Assembly: GCA_900768805.1 (NCBI GenBank)
Contig: CAAGEF010000077.1
Span: 1-32,947 of the forward strand
DNA from: Clostridia bacterium
Lineage (GTDB): Bacteria; Bacillota; Clostridia; TANB77; CAG-508
Direction: 5' to 3'
DNA length: 32,947 nt
The translations under genes were made by a program, and so were the position numbers. Shown in pieces: positions 1 to 8,356 of the stretch. Positions within the stretch are counted from its first letter, which is position 1. Each line of letters starts with the position of its first letter. A model generated the notes under the pieces. The model ran no database searches. It was not told the DNA's origin and worked only from the letters and a program-made list of their open reading frames with translations.

Positions 1-165
1 GCGCTTGTTGAGCTTAATCCTGATCAGCACGATACGCGAAGAACAACATGGAAAGAGTTTGAACTGATTGAATCTTCAAGGTTTGAACCATACAGAAGAG
101 AAATAACATGGGGTATTTTCAACGAAAAAGCAAACAGATTTGCAAATATGCTTTTGGGGAGAGGA
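1..165 (+). other. In-frame fragment resembling the N-terminal region of an AMP-forming acyl/acetyl-CoA synthetase, possibly a chimeric junction with rplX
   Basis: Frame 1 is open from nt 1 and reads ...TWKEFELIESSRFEPYRREITWGIFNEKANRFANMLLGRGIKKGDKV. The x-Y/W-x-E-L-N-E-x-x-N-R-F-A-N-x-L-x-x-x-G-I-K-K-G-D-x-V pattern is typical of adenylate-forming enzymes such as Acs. Hand-counted GC is 45% for nt 1-60, against about 30% elsewhere. The expected upstream gene rplN is not seen. Confidence 0.45.
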
Positions 166-468
166 ATAAAAAAAGGTGATAAAGTAGAAATCTTATCAGG
201 AAATGATGCAGGTAAAACTGGAGAAGTTTTACAAGTACTACCAAAATCTTCAAAAATAGTTGTTAGTGGTGTTAATGTAAGAAAAAAACATGTTAAACCT
301 AGAAAACAAGGTGAAGAAGGTGGAATAATCTCTAAAGAATGTGCAATTCCAAGCTGTAAAGCTAATGTTGTATGTTCAAAATGTGGTAAAGCAACTAAAG
401 TTGGATATATCATAGAAAAAGATGAAAAAGTTCGTGTATGTAAAAAATGCGGTGCTAAATTAAAATAA
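148..468 (+). CDS. rplX: 50S ribosomal protein uL24, Cys-containing C-terminus
   Basis: KKGDKVEILSGNDAGKTGEVLQVLPK...VVSGVNVRKKHVKP is the KOW motif of L24. It sits in the canonical position before rplE. The ATG at 148 has no Shine-Dalgarno and the frame is open upstream to nt 1, so the true start is uncertain. Confidence 0.85.
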   Translation: MLLGRGIKKGDKVEILSGNDAGKTGEVLQVLPKSSKIVVSGVNVRKKHVKPRKQGEEGGIISKECAIPSCKANVVCSKCGKATKVGYIIEKDEKVRVCKKCGAKLK

Positions 469-486
469 TAAATGGAAGGAGGAATA

Positions 487-1032
487 ATGAAAATGGAAAA
501 ATTAAGAGAACAATATGAGAAAGAAGTTGTTCCAGCATTAATGAAAAAATTTAACTATACTTCAATTATGGAAGTTCCAAAATTAGAAAAAATAGTTATA
601 AATATAGGTTTAGGAGAAACTAAAGATAATCCTAAAGCTTTAGATAATGCAATGAATGATTTAACAATAATTACTGGTCAAAAACCAATCATAACAAAAG
701 CAAAAAAATCAATTGCTGCTTTTAAATTAAGAGAAGGTGCAAAAATAGGATGCAAAGTTACTTTAAGATCAGGAAGAATGTATGACTTTGCACAAAAATT
801 ATTTAATGTAGCTCTTCCAAGAGTTAGAGACTTTAGAGGAGTTTCAGCAAATTCTTTTGATGGTAGAGGAAATTATTCAATGGGAATTAAAGAACAATTA
901 ATATTTCCTGAAATCGAATATGATAAAATAGATAAATTAAGAGGTATGGATATTATATTCGTAACAACTGCTAAATCTGATGAAGAAGCAAAAGAATTAT
1001 TAAAATTATTAGGTATGCCATTCAAAAACTAA
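487..1032 (+). CDS. rplE: 50S ribosomal protein uL5
   Basis: [44 protein letters not shown] matches the L5 N-terminus. GGAGG lies at 478-482. ATG 487 or ATG 493 is preferred over the track start at 472. Confidence 0.95.
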   Translation: MKMEKLREQYEKEVVPALMKKFNYTSIMEVPKLEKIVINIGLGETKDNPKALDNAMNDLTIITGQKPIITKAKKSIAAFKLREGAKIGCKVTLRSGRMYDFAQKLFNVALPRVRDFRGVSANSFDGRGNYSMGIKEQLIFPEIEYDKIDKLRGMDIIFVTTAKSDEEAKELLKLLGMPFKN

Positions 1033-1098
1033 TAAAATTGATGACTACCAAATTGCAATTTGCAAGTAAAGATACCATTAAGAAAGGAGAAAAAATTA

Positions 1099-1284
1099 AT
1101 GGCTAAAAAATCTTTAAAAGTAAAATGTGCAAGACCACAAAAATACAAAACAAGAGAATATAATAGATGTAAAATTTGTGGAAGACCACATTCTTATATA
1201 AGAAAATTTGGAATTTGCCGTGTTTGCTTCAGAGAATTAGCTCATAAAGGAGAAATTCCTGGAGTTAAAAAAGCAAGTTGGTAA
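1099..1284 (+). CDS. rpsN: 30S ribosomal protein uS14, type Z (zinc-binding, 61 aa)
   Basis: [61 protein letters not shown] carries the CxxC...CxxC motif. An AAGGAG Shine-Dalgarno lies upstream. The internal ATG at 1099 was chosen over the track start at 1060. Confidence 0.95.
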   Translation: MAKKSLKVKCARPQKYKTREYNRCKICGRPHSYIRKFGICRVCFRELAHKGEIPGVKKASW

Positions 1285-1318
1285 TAGTTTAAAATAAAAT
1301 TTAAAAAGGAGGGTAAAA

Positions 1319-1717
1319 ATGAATACAACTGACCCAATTGCAGATATGTTAACAAGAATAAGAAATGCAAATAGCGCTAAATTCAAGACTGTTGATGTAC
1401 CTACATCAAAAATAAAAAAAGCTATTGCAGAAACATTACTTGAAGAAGGATATATAAAAGCTTTTGATGAAATAGATGATGGAGCACAAGGAATTATCAG
1501 AATTACTTTAAAATATGATGAAAAAGGTAATAGAGTAATTGATGGTTTAAAAAGAATCAGTAAACCAGGTTTAAGAATATATGCATCAAAAGATGAATTA
1601 CCAAGAGTTTTAAATGGTTTAGGTATAGCTTTAATATCTACATCAAAAGGAATTGTTACAGATAAAAAAGCAAGAGAATTAGGCATAGGTGGAGAAGTAT
1701 TAGCTTATGTTTGGTAA
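1319..1717 (+). CDS. rpsH: 30S ribosomal protein uS8
   Basis: [13 protein letters not shown]... and a C-terminal GGEVLAYVW are S8 hallmarks. An AAGGAGGG Shine-Dalgarno is present. Confidence 0.97.
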   Translation: MNTTDPIADMLTRIRNANSAKFKTVDVPTSKIKKAIAETLLEEGYIKAFDEIDDGAQGIIRITLKYDEKGNRVIDGLKRISKPGLRIYASKDELPRVLNGLGIALISTSKGIVTDKKARELGIGGEVLAYVW

Positions 1718-1809
1718 TTTGAAATAAAATTTCAAGTTTGAGATTTAGAACGTTTAATCTCAAAAAAATATATAAACACTTTAATAATAAAGAAGGAGGG
1801 AAAACTCAA

Positions 1810-2349
1810 ATGTCAAGAATAGGAAATAAACCTATTACAGTACCAGCTGGCGTTGAAGTAAAAATAGATGGTCAAAAAGTTACTGTAAAAGGACCTAAAG
1901 GAACATTAGAAAGAGAAATACATAAAAATATGACTGTTTCTCTTGAAGGAAATGTTCTTACAGTTACAAGACCAGATGATGAACCAGCAAATAGAAGTTT
2001 ACATGGTTTAACAAGAACATTATTAAATAACATGATCGAAGGAACATTAAATGAATTCCAAAGAAAATTAGAAATAAATGGAGTTGGATATAGAGCACAA
2101 AAACAAGGAACAAAATTAGTTCTTACTTTAGGATACTCTCATCCAGTTGAAATGGAAGCTCCTAATGGAATTACTTTCGATGTACCAAATCCTAATGAAA
2201 TAATAGTAAGAGGTATTGATAAAGAATTAGTTGGTCAAACTGCTGCTGTTATTAGAACAAAAAGACCACCTGAGGTTTATAGAGGAAAAGGTATTAAATA
2301 TGCTGAAGAAGTTATTAGACGTAAAGAAGGTAAAGCAGGTAAAAAATAA
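1810..2349 (+). CDS. rplF: 50S ribosomal protein uL6
   Basis: [33 protein letters not shown] is the L6 N-terminus. The Shine-Dalgarno AAGGAGGG lies at about 1791-1799. The internal ATG at 1810 was chosen over the track start at 1738. Confidence 0.96.
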   Translation: MSRIGNKPITVPAGVEVKIDGQKVTVKGPKGTLEREIHKNMTVSLEGNVLTVTRPDDEPANRSLHGLTRTLLNNMIEGTLNEFQRKLEINGVGYRAQKQGTKLVLTLGYSHPVEMEAPNGITFDVPNPNEIIVRGIDKELVGQTAAVIRTKRPPEVYRGKGIKYAEEVIRRKEGKAGKK

Positions 2350-2383
2350 AAATTAATTTATAATAAATTATAAATGTTCAAAT

Positions 2384-2462
2384 TAGGTTAAATAAGTGAA
2401 CTTTAGGGGTATATTTAATCCCTTAAAGGAAGGGATTGAATATGCCCCTAGAAGTAAACCTA
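2384..2462 (+). promoter_or_regulatory. Long RNA stem-loop filling the rplF-rplR spacer
   Basis: Nt 2404-2424 (taggggtatatttaatccctt) pair with 2430-2450 (aagggattgaatatgccccta). That gives 21 consecutive pairs including 2 G-U pairs, with loop aaagg. An outer helix taggtt (2384-2389) / aaccta (2457-2462) ends just before the rplR Shine-Dalgarno. Confidence 0.6.
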
Positions 2463-2476
2463 GAAAGGAGTTATAA

Positions 2477-2836
2477 ATGATAACAAAAATCAACAGAAAA
2501 GAAGAAAAAGATAGAAGACATAAAAGAGTTCGTACAAAAATTAGTGGAACTCCAGAATGTCCTAGACTTGCTGTTAATAGATCAAATAAAAATATCAGAG
2601 TTCAAGTAATTGATGATGTTAATAAAGTTACTTTAGTTTCTGTTTCAACTTTAGATAAAGAAATCAAAACTAAAAAAGCTAATATAGAAGCTGCTAAAGA
2701 AGTTGGAGCTGCTATAGCAAAAAAAGCTTTAGATAAAAAAATCGAAACAGTAGTTTTCGATAGAGGTGGATATATTTATCACGGAGTTGTAAAAGCTGTT
2801 GCAGAAGCAGCTCGTGAAGCAGGATTAAAATTTTAA
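2477..2836 (+). CDS. rplR: 50S ribosomal protein uL18
   Basis: [34 protein letters not shown]...[28 protein letters not shown] is L18. A GAAAGGAG Shine-Dalgarno is present. Confidence 0.97.
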   Translation: MITKINRKEEKDRRHKRVRTKISGTPECPRLAVNRSNKNIRVQVIDDVNKVTLVSVSTLDKEIKTKKANIEAAKEVGAAIAKKALDKKIETVVFDRGGYIYHGVVKAVAEAAREAGLKF

Positions 2837-2872
2837 TAAATAAAAGAAATTTTGAAGGGAGAAAACAAACCT

Positions 2873-3361
2873 ATGGAAGAAAAAGCAGTAGAGTTAAAAG
2901 AAAAAGTAGTTGCTATCAATAGAGTTGCTAAGGTTGTAAAAGGTGGTAGAACTTTCAGATTCAGTGCTGTTGTTGTTGTTGGAGATGAAAATGGACATAT
3001 CGGTGTTGGAAATGGAAAAGCTTCAGAAGTTCCTGATGCAATCAGAAAAGCTATTGAAGAAGCTAAGAAAAACTTAATTACTGTACCTGTAGTTGGAACA
3101 ACAATTCCTCATGAATTTGTTGGAACATTTGGTAGTGCTAAAGTTATGTTAAAACCAGGACCTAAAGGATCTGGAGTTATCGCTGGTGGTAGCGTAAGAC
3201 CAGTATTAGAACTTGCTGGATATAAAGATATCAAAACAAAAGTTATTGGAACTAATAATCCAAGAAATGTTGTTTATGCTACTATCGAAGCATTAAGAAG
3301 CATGAATACAGTTGAAGAAGTTGCTAGAAAAAGAGGTAAAAAAGTTAGTGAAATTATGTAA
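2873..3361 (+). CDS. rpsE: 30S ribosomal protein uS5
   Basis: [49 protein letters not shown] is S5. ATG 2873 follows AAGGGAG. TTG 2852 is an alternative start. Confidence 0.95.
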   Translation: MEEKAVELKEKVVAINRVAKVVKGGRTFRFSAVVVVGDENGHIGVGNGKASEVPDAIRKAIEEAKKNLITVPVVGTTIPHEFVGTFGSAKVMLKPGPKGSGVIAGGSVRPVLELAGYKDIKTKVIGTNNPRNVVYATIEALRSMNTVEEVARKRGKKVSEIM

Positions 3362-3364
3362 TTG

Positions 3365-3392
3365 TTTTGTGGGCGATTTTCGTTCCACAAAA
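3365..3392 (+). other. Hairpin directly after the rpsE stop, in the spacer where rpmD normally lies
   Basis: ttttgtgggcga / tcgttccacaaaa forms a stem of about 12 bp with a 3-nt loop. No U-tract follows, so it is not a canonical intrinsic terminator. Confidence 0.4.
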
Positions 3393-3488
3393 TATATTAA
3401 AAAAATATATTAATTTTTTAGAAAAAAAGTCTAGTAAAAATGAAATTTTAATTATATAATAAATTCAATTTAGAGGAGGTGTAAAAAA

Positions 3489-3923
3489 ATGGAATTAGGA
3501 AATCTACATCCAACAGTTAAGACTAAAACTAAAAAAAGAGTTGGTCGTGGTATTGGTTCTGGTTTAGGTAAAACATCAGGAAGAGGTCATAAAGGACAAA
3601 AAGCAAGATCTGGTGGAGGTGTTAGAAGAGGGTTCGAAGGAGGACAAACACCTTTATATAGAAGATTACCTAAAAGAGGATTTAAGAATATAAACTCTAA
3701 AACATATACAGAAGTAACTTTAACAATGCTTAACAAATCAAATGCAACAGAAGTTACTGCTGAAACTTTATTAGAAGAAGGAATAATCGGAAAAATAAAC
3801 GATGGAATAGTTGTTTTAGGAACTGGAAGCTTAGAGAAAAAATTAACAGTTAAAGCAACAAGATTTACTAAAGCTGCTGCAGAAAAAATACAAGCTGCAG
3901 GTGGAAAGATTGAGGTGATTTAG
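3489..3923 (+). CDS. rplO: 50S ribosomal protein uL15
   Basis: [51 protein letters not shown] is L15. An AGAGGAGGTG Shine-Dalgarno is present. Confidence 0.97.
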   Translation: MELGNLHPTVKTKTKKRVGRGIGSGLGKTSGRGHKGQKARSGGGVRRGFEGGQTPLYRRLPKRGFKNINSKTYTEVTLTMLNKSNATEVTAETLLEEGIIGKINDGIVVLGTGSLEKKLTVKATRFTKAAAEKIQAAGGKIEVI

Positions 3924-5255
3924 TTGTTAAAAACGATAAAGAATGCTATTAAAACACCTGAAGTAAGAAAAAAACTACTATATACACTATTATTAATTGT
4001 AATATTTAGATTTGGTTGTTATATTGTAGTTCCAGGTGTAGACTCATTTGCTATGGCTGAACAAATGAGTTCTTCAACATCGAGTTTAGCTGGATTAATA
4101 AATACAATATCAGGAGGTGCGTTCTCAAGATTATCTGTTTTCGCATTGTCAATAACTCCTTATATTACAGCATCAATTGTTATCCAATTATTAGGTTGGA
4201 TAATTCCATCATTAGAAAAAATGATGAAGGAAGGTGGAGAAGTTGCTAAAACAAAAATTAATAAATATACAAAGTTATTAGCTTTAGTTTTAGCATTTAT
4301 CGAAGCTTTAGGATTATATATATCTTATAGCAAAGGCTATACTGGTGTTTTTATAAATCCAGGATTTTTGACTGGTGCATTAGTAGTTTTAACTCTAGTT
4401 ACAGGAACTTCTATGTTAATGTGGTTAGGAGAACAAATTACTAACAAAGGTATTGGAAATGGTATATCAATGTTAATCTTCGTTGGTATAGTTTCAAGAT
4501 TACCATCTGGTTTAGTAACATTATGGAATCTTGTAGTTACTAATTCTGGAGTAAGTACACAAGGAATTTTAACAGCTTTAACAATAGTGGTTGGAGCAGT
4601 ACTTTTAGTAGCTGGTGTTGTTTTTGTTCAACAAGCTGAAAGAAGAATTCCAGTACAATATGCAAAAAAAGTTGTTGGAAGAAAAATGTATGGTGGTCAA
4701 AATACTCATATTCCACTTAAATTAGCAATGGCAGGGGTTATGCCTGTAATATTTGCTTCATCATTTATGACATTTCCAGCAATGCTTATACAAATATTTG
4801 CTGCTGATAAAATTGGTGGAACAGGATTTTTAGCTGGCTTATATAAATTCTCAATAGCAACATCTTCATCAAGTGTTGGCTGGGGATATTCATTAGCAAA
4901 TGCAATACTTTATTTATTGTTAATAGTTGGATTTACATTCTTCTATACATTTGCAACATTTAATCCAGCAGAAGTTTCTACAAATATTAAACAAAATGGA
5001 GGTTTTATTCCAAGTGTAAGACCTGGAAAGCCTACTACAGAATATTTAAAAAATATTTTAATAAAATTAACATGTTTTGGTTCAATATTCTTAAGTTTAA
5101 TTGCAGTACTTCCAATGTTATTAAGATTTACTAATTTGAATATAGCTTTTGGTGGTACCTCAATTCTTATCGTTGTAGGGGTTGCTTTAGAAACAGTTCA
5201 ACAATTAGAATCTCAATTAGTAGTAAGACATTATAAAGGATTTTTAGATAAATAA
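3924..5255 (+). CDS. secY: Preprotein translocase subunit SecY
   Basis: This 443-aa polytopic membrane protein contains ...GGAFSRLSVFALSITPYITASIVIQLL... and GISMLIFVGIVSRLP. The TTG start lies immediately after the rplO stop, with GAGGTG 7 nt upstream. Confidence 0.96.
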   Translation: MLKTIKNAIKTPEVRKKLLYTLLLIVIFRFGCYIVVPGVDSFAMAEQMSSSTSSLAGLINTISGGAFSRLSVFALSITPYITASIVIQLLGWIIPSLEKMMKEGGEVAKTKINKYTKLLALVLAFIEALGLYISYSKGYTGVFINPGFLTGALVVLTLVTGTSMLMWLGEQITNKGIGNGISMLIFVGIVSRLPSGLVTLWNLVVTNSGVSTQGILTALTIVVGAVLLVAGVVFVQQAERRIPVQYAKKVVGRKMYGGQNTHIPLKLAMAGVMPVIFASSFMTFPAMLIQIFAADKIGGTGFLAGLYKFSIATSSSSVGWGYSLANAILYLLLIVGFTFFYTFATFNPAEVSTNIKQNGGFIPSVRPGKPTTEYLKNILIKLTCFGSIFLSLIAVLPMLLRFTNLNIAFGGTSILIVVGVALETVQQLESQLVVRHYKGFLDK

Positions 5256-5265
5256 TAAATTAAGG

Positions 5266-5307
5266 TGAGAGGTTTGAGGAAAATAAGTACTCACCTCTTG
5301 CTTTTTT
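5266..5307 (+). terminator. Weak intrinsic terminator or attenuator between secY and adk
   Basis: The stem pairs tgagaggt (5266-5273) with acctcttg (5293-5300), using 6 Watson-Crick and 2 G-U pairs around a 19-nt loop. The run cTTTTTT follows. Confidence 0.35.
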
Positions 5308-5328
5308 AATTTTAGTAGGAGGAAAATT

Positions 5329-5994
5329 ATGGTTATAATTATGTTAGGAGCGCCAGCTACAGGAAAAGGTAGTGTAGCAGAACTTCTTTCTGGAGAATTA
5401 AATATTCCTAGTATTTCTAGTGGAGATATATTCAGAAAAAATATAAGTGAAGGAACAGAGTTTGGAAAAAAAATAAAAGAATTCATGGATAAAGGAGAAC
5501 TTGTTCCAGACAGTTTAGTTTTAGAAATGATTACATCAAGATTAAAAGAAGATGATGTAAAAAATGGAGTAATACTAGATGGTTTTCCTAGAACATTACC
5601 ACAAGCAGAAGCTTTAGATAAGATGCTTGCTGAAGAAAATAAAAAAATAGATATGGTTGTTAATTTAGAAACACCAAGAGATGAATTAATAGAAAGAACA
5701 ATAAATAGAAGAAATTGTTCTAACAAAAATTGTAATGCTATTTACAATTTAATATTACATCCACCTAAAGTAGAAAATGTTTGTGATAAATGTGGAAGTC
5801 CTTTATATCAAAGAGATGATGCAAAATTAGAAGTTGCACAAAATAGATTAGAAGTATATGATAGAGAAACAGCACCATTAGTAGAATATTATAAAGAAAC
5901 AGGAGTATTATATACTACTGTGTTAAGTCAGAGAGCAAACAGAATGAGAGAAGAAGTTACAAAAGATGTTGTTGAACAATTAAAAAATAAATAA
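5329..5994 (+). CDS. adk: Adenylate kinase with a Cys4 zinc lid
   Basis: The P-loop is GAPATGKGS, which deviates from the usual GPPGAGKGT. The protein also has DGFPRT and the lid CSNKNC...CDKCG...QRDDD. An AGGAGG Shine-Dalgarno is present. Confidence 0.93.
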   Translation: MVIIMLGAPATGKGSVAELLSGELNIPSISSGDIFRKNISEGTEFGKKIKEFMDKGELVPDSLVLEMITSRLKEDDVKNGVILDGFPRTLPQAEALDKMLAEENKKIDMVVNLETPRDELIERTINRRNCSNKNCNAIYNLILHPPKVENVCDKCGSPLYQRDDAKLEVAQNRLEVYDRETAPLVEYYKETGVLYTTVLSQRANRMREEVTKDVVEQLKNK

Positions 5995-6006
5995 AGGAGC
6001 AAAATC

Positions 6007-6783
6007 ATGGTAACTATAAAATCACAAAGAGAAATTGAGTTAATGGAAGAAGCGTGTAAACTTGCAGCAGCAACTCATGACATGATTGCAGAAAATATAA
6101 AACCTGGAATGTCTACTTATGATTTAGATATTATGGCAGAAAAATTTATAAAACAAAACGGAGGGATTCCAGCTCAAAAAAATTATCCAAGTGGTGTAAG
6201 AGGAGTTCCTGCTTTTCCAGCAACATTATGTGTATCTATAAATGATGTAGTAATTCATGGAATTCCATCAAAAAAAGATATAATTAAAGATGGCGATATT
6301 GTCAGTATAGATTTAGTTGTATTAAAAAATGGATATCATGGAGATGCAGCAAGAACACATTTAGTTGGAAATGTTTCTCCAGACGCTAAAAAATTAGTAG
6401 AAGTAGCAAAACAAGCATTTTTTGAAGGAATTAAATATGCTAAAAAAGGATATAGAATTGGAGATATATCTTATGCTATAAACGAATATGTTGAAAAACA
6501 TGGTTTTGTAGTTGTAAGAGAATTTCAAGGACATGGTATAGGAAAAGAAATGCATGAAGATCCGGGTATACCAAATTATGGTAAAAAAGGTAGAGGTTTA
6601 AGAATAGAACCAGGTATGACACTAGCAATAGAACCTATGGTTATACAAGGTAATCCAGACATTATGGAGCTTGATGATGGTTGGACAATAGTAACAGAAG
6701 ATGGTTCTTTAGCCGCACATTATGAAAATACAGTTTTAATTACAGAAAATGAACCAAAAGTGTTGACAAGAAGTAAAAATTAA
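6007..6783 (+). CDS. map: Type I methionine aminopeptidase
   Basis: GDIVSIDLVVLKNGYHGDAARTH, FQGHGIG, TLAIEPM and AHYENTV are the MetAP metal-ligand motifs. Confidence 0.95.
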   Translation: MVTIKSQREIELMEEACKLAAATHDMIAENIKPGMSTYDLDIMAEKFIKQNGGIPAQKNYPSGVRGVPAFPATLCVSINDVVIHGIPSKKDIIKDGDIVSIDLVVLKNGYHGDAARTHLVGNVSPDAKKLVEVAKQAFFEGIKYAKKGYRIGDISYAINEYVEKHGFVVVREFQGHGIGKEMHEDPGIPNYGKKGRGLRIEPGMTLAIEPMVIQGNPDIMELDDGWTIVTEDGSLAAHYENTVLITENEPKVLTRSKN

Positions 6784-6880
6784 GGTATACTGTAATAGCT
6801 TATTGCTGAGAAATATAAATAAACGAATATAAAGACGTGTAAAAAGCGTCTAATTTCGAGTTTTATAGGGGGAAAATAAT

Positions 6881-7099
6881 TTGTCTAAAGAGGATGTAAT
6901 TGAAGTTGAGGGAATTGTTGTTGAAACTTTACCAAACACTAATTTTAAAGTAGAATTAGAAAATGGACACCAAGTTTTAGCACATATTTCAGGAAAACTA
7001 AGAATGAATTATATAAAAATTTTGCCAGGTGATAAAGTAAAACTAGAGTTATCTCCTTATGATTTAACAAAAGGACGTATTACTTGGAGAGCAAAATAA
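6881..7099 (+). CDS. infA: Translation initiation factor IF-1
   Basis: [69 protein letters not shown] is IF-1. It has a TTG start with an AGGGGGA Shine-Dalgarno. Confidence 0.96.
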   Translation: MSKEDVIEVEGIVVETLPNTNFKVELENGHQVLAHISGKLRMNYIKILPGDKVKLELSPYDLTKGRITWRAK

Positions 7100-7140
7100 T
7101 TCTATAATTGCATATATTAACAAAATAGGAGGGAAAAGTA

Positions 7141-7254
7141 ATGAAAGTAAGACCATCTGTAAAGAAAATTTGCGAAAAATGCAAAGTTATCAAAAGAAAA
7201 GGTAAAGTTAGAGTTATTTGTGAAAACCCAAAACACAAACAAAGACAAGGTTAA
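7141..7254 (+). CDS. rpmJ: 50S ribosomal protein bL36 (37 aa, not in the ORF track)
   Basis: My own translation gives [37 protein letters not shown]. The Shine-Dalgarno AGGAGGG lies upstream, and the gene sits in the canonical position after infA. Confidence 0.95.
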   Translation: MKVRPSVKKICEKCKVIKRKGKVRVICENPKHKQRQG

Positions 7255-7485
7255 TTTAAAATTATTGATATTAACATAAGTATGTAGCGGCTGTCAGTTT
7301 ACCTGATATCATATTTATGTTTATATATATTGTCTAAAGACTTAAATGAATATAAATAATTGAAATTAAAAGAAAACAATCCACTTTTTGTTTCAATTTT
7401 TTGTGTTATTTAAGTGCATTTCACCTTTAGACGAAATTTATACTATTACTAAAAAATTAAAAAATATTTGGAGGTGCAAAAATTT
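7255..7485 (+). promoter_or_regulatory. 231-nt structured spacer or leader upstream of rpsM
   Basis: Hairpin 7273-7284/7310-7321 has 12 bp. A terminator-like hairpin pairs ttgaaa (7360-7365) with tttcaa (7391-7396) and is followed by T6. A long-range 8-bp complement gtctaaag (7332-7339) / ctttagac (7425-7432) brackets that hairpin. Confidence 0.45.
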
Positions 7486-7851
7486 ATGGCTCGTTTAGCA
7501 GGAGTTGATTTACCTAGAGAAAAAAGAGTAGAAATAGGTTTAACTTATATTTATGGTATAGGTTTACCAAGTTCACAAAAAATACTTGCAGAAGCTGGAG
7601 TAAATCCAGATACTAGAGTAAAAGATTTAACTGATGATGAAGTTGCTAAAATAAGAAAAGCAATGGATGGATATAAAGTAGAGGGTGACTTAAGAAGAGA
7701 AGTAGCTTTAAATATAAAGAGACTTACTGAAATTGGTTGCTATAGAGGAATTAGACATAGAAGAGGTCTTCCAGTTAGAGGGCAAAGAACAAAAACTAAT
7801 GCTCGTACTAGAAAAGGACCAAGAAAATTAGTAAGTAAAAGTAAAAAATAA
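7486..7851 (+). CDS. rpsM: 30S ribosomal protein uS13
   Basis: [26 protein letters not shown] is the S13 N-terminus. GGAGGTG lies at 7470-7476. The internal ATG was chosen over the track start at 7468. Confidence 0.96.
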   Translation: MARLAGVDLPREKRVEIGLTYIYGIGLPSSQKILAEAGVNPDTRVKDLTDDEVAKIRKAMDGYKVEGDLRREVALNIKRLTEIGCYRGIRHRRGLPVRGQRTKTNARTRKGPRKLVSKSKK

Positions 7852-7893
7852 AAAGCTTAATGGTTAAAGAATTTATAAGGAGGGAAAAACCAA

Positions 7894-8295
7894 ATGGCAA
7901 AAGCTAATAGCGTAAAGAAAACAGGAGTTAGAAGAAGAGAAAGAAAAAATATAGATAAAGGTTCTGCTCATATTCATTCTAGCTTTAATAATACAATAGT
8001 TTCTATTACAGATACAAAAGGAAATGTTATTTCATGGGCTAGTGCTGGAGAATTAGGATTCAAAGGTTCAAGAAAAAGTACACCATTTGCTGCTGGTCAA
8101 GCTGCAGAAACAGCTTCAAAAGCCGCAATGGAACATGGATTAAAAAGTGTTGATGTATATGTAAAAGGTCCTGGTAGCGGACGTGAAGCTGCAATAAGAG
8201 CTTTACAAACTGCAGGATTAGAAATAACTATGATTAAAGATGTTACTCCAATTCCTCATAATGGTTGTAGACCACCAAAAAGAAGAAGAGTATAA
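7894..8295 (+). CDS. rpsK: 30S ribosomal protein uS11
   Basis: [28 protein letters not shown]...[13 protein letters not shown]...[18 protein letters not shown] is S11. Confidence 0.97.
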   Translation: MAKANSVKKTGVRRRERKNIDKGSAHIHSSFNNTIVSITDTKGNVISWASAGELGFKGSRKSTPFAAGQAAETASKAAMEHGLKSVDVYVKGPGSGREAAIRALQTAGLEITMIKDVTPIPHNGCRPPKRRRV

Positions 8296-8356
8296 TTTAG
8301 TTATATATAAGAGATTTTAAATAAAAAAGAATTTTAGAAAGAGGTGTAATTATTAC

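Noticed and set aside
24-413. 129-aa minus-strand ORF antisense to rplX. The same class includes 1237-1686, 5244-5726, 8764-9132, 9388-9573, 10019-10291, 10304-10564, 10707-10934, 12705-12890, 13575-13772, 16054-16245, 22252-22461, 26752-26952, 28518-28736, 28773-28985, 28982-29221, 30866-31048 and 32578-32832.
   Set aside because: All lie antisense to confidently identified, Shine-Dalgarno-preceded genes. They have no Shine-Dalgarno and give low-complexity F/L/I/S-rich translations. That is the typical shadow frame opposite AAA/GAA/AGA-rich coding sequence in an AT-rich genome.
472-2872. Longer N-terminal extensions given by the ORF track for rplE (472), rpsN (1060), rplF (1738) and rpsE (2852). 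The same applies to rpsM (7468), U32 (12194), M50 (16575) and the metallophosphoesterase (18401).
   Set aside because: In each case an internal start codon sits at proper distance from a GGAGG-type Shine-Dalgarno and reproduces the conserved family N-terminus. The upstream extension overlaps the Shine-Dalgarno itself.
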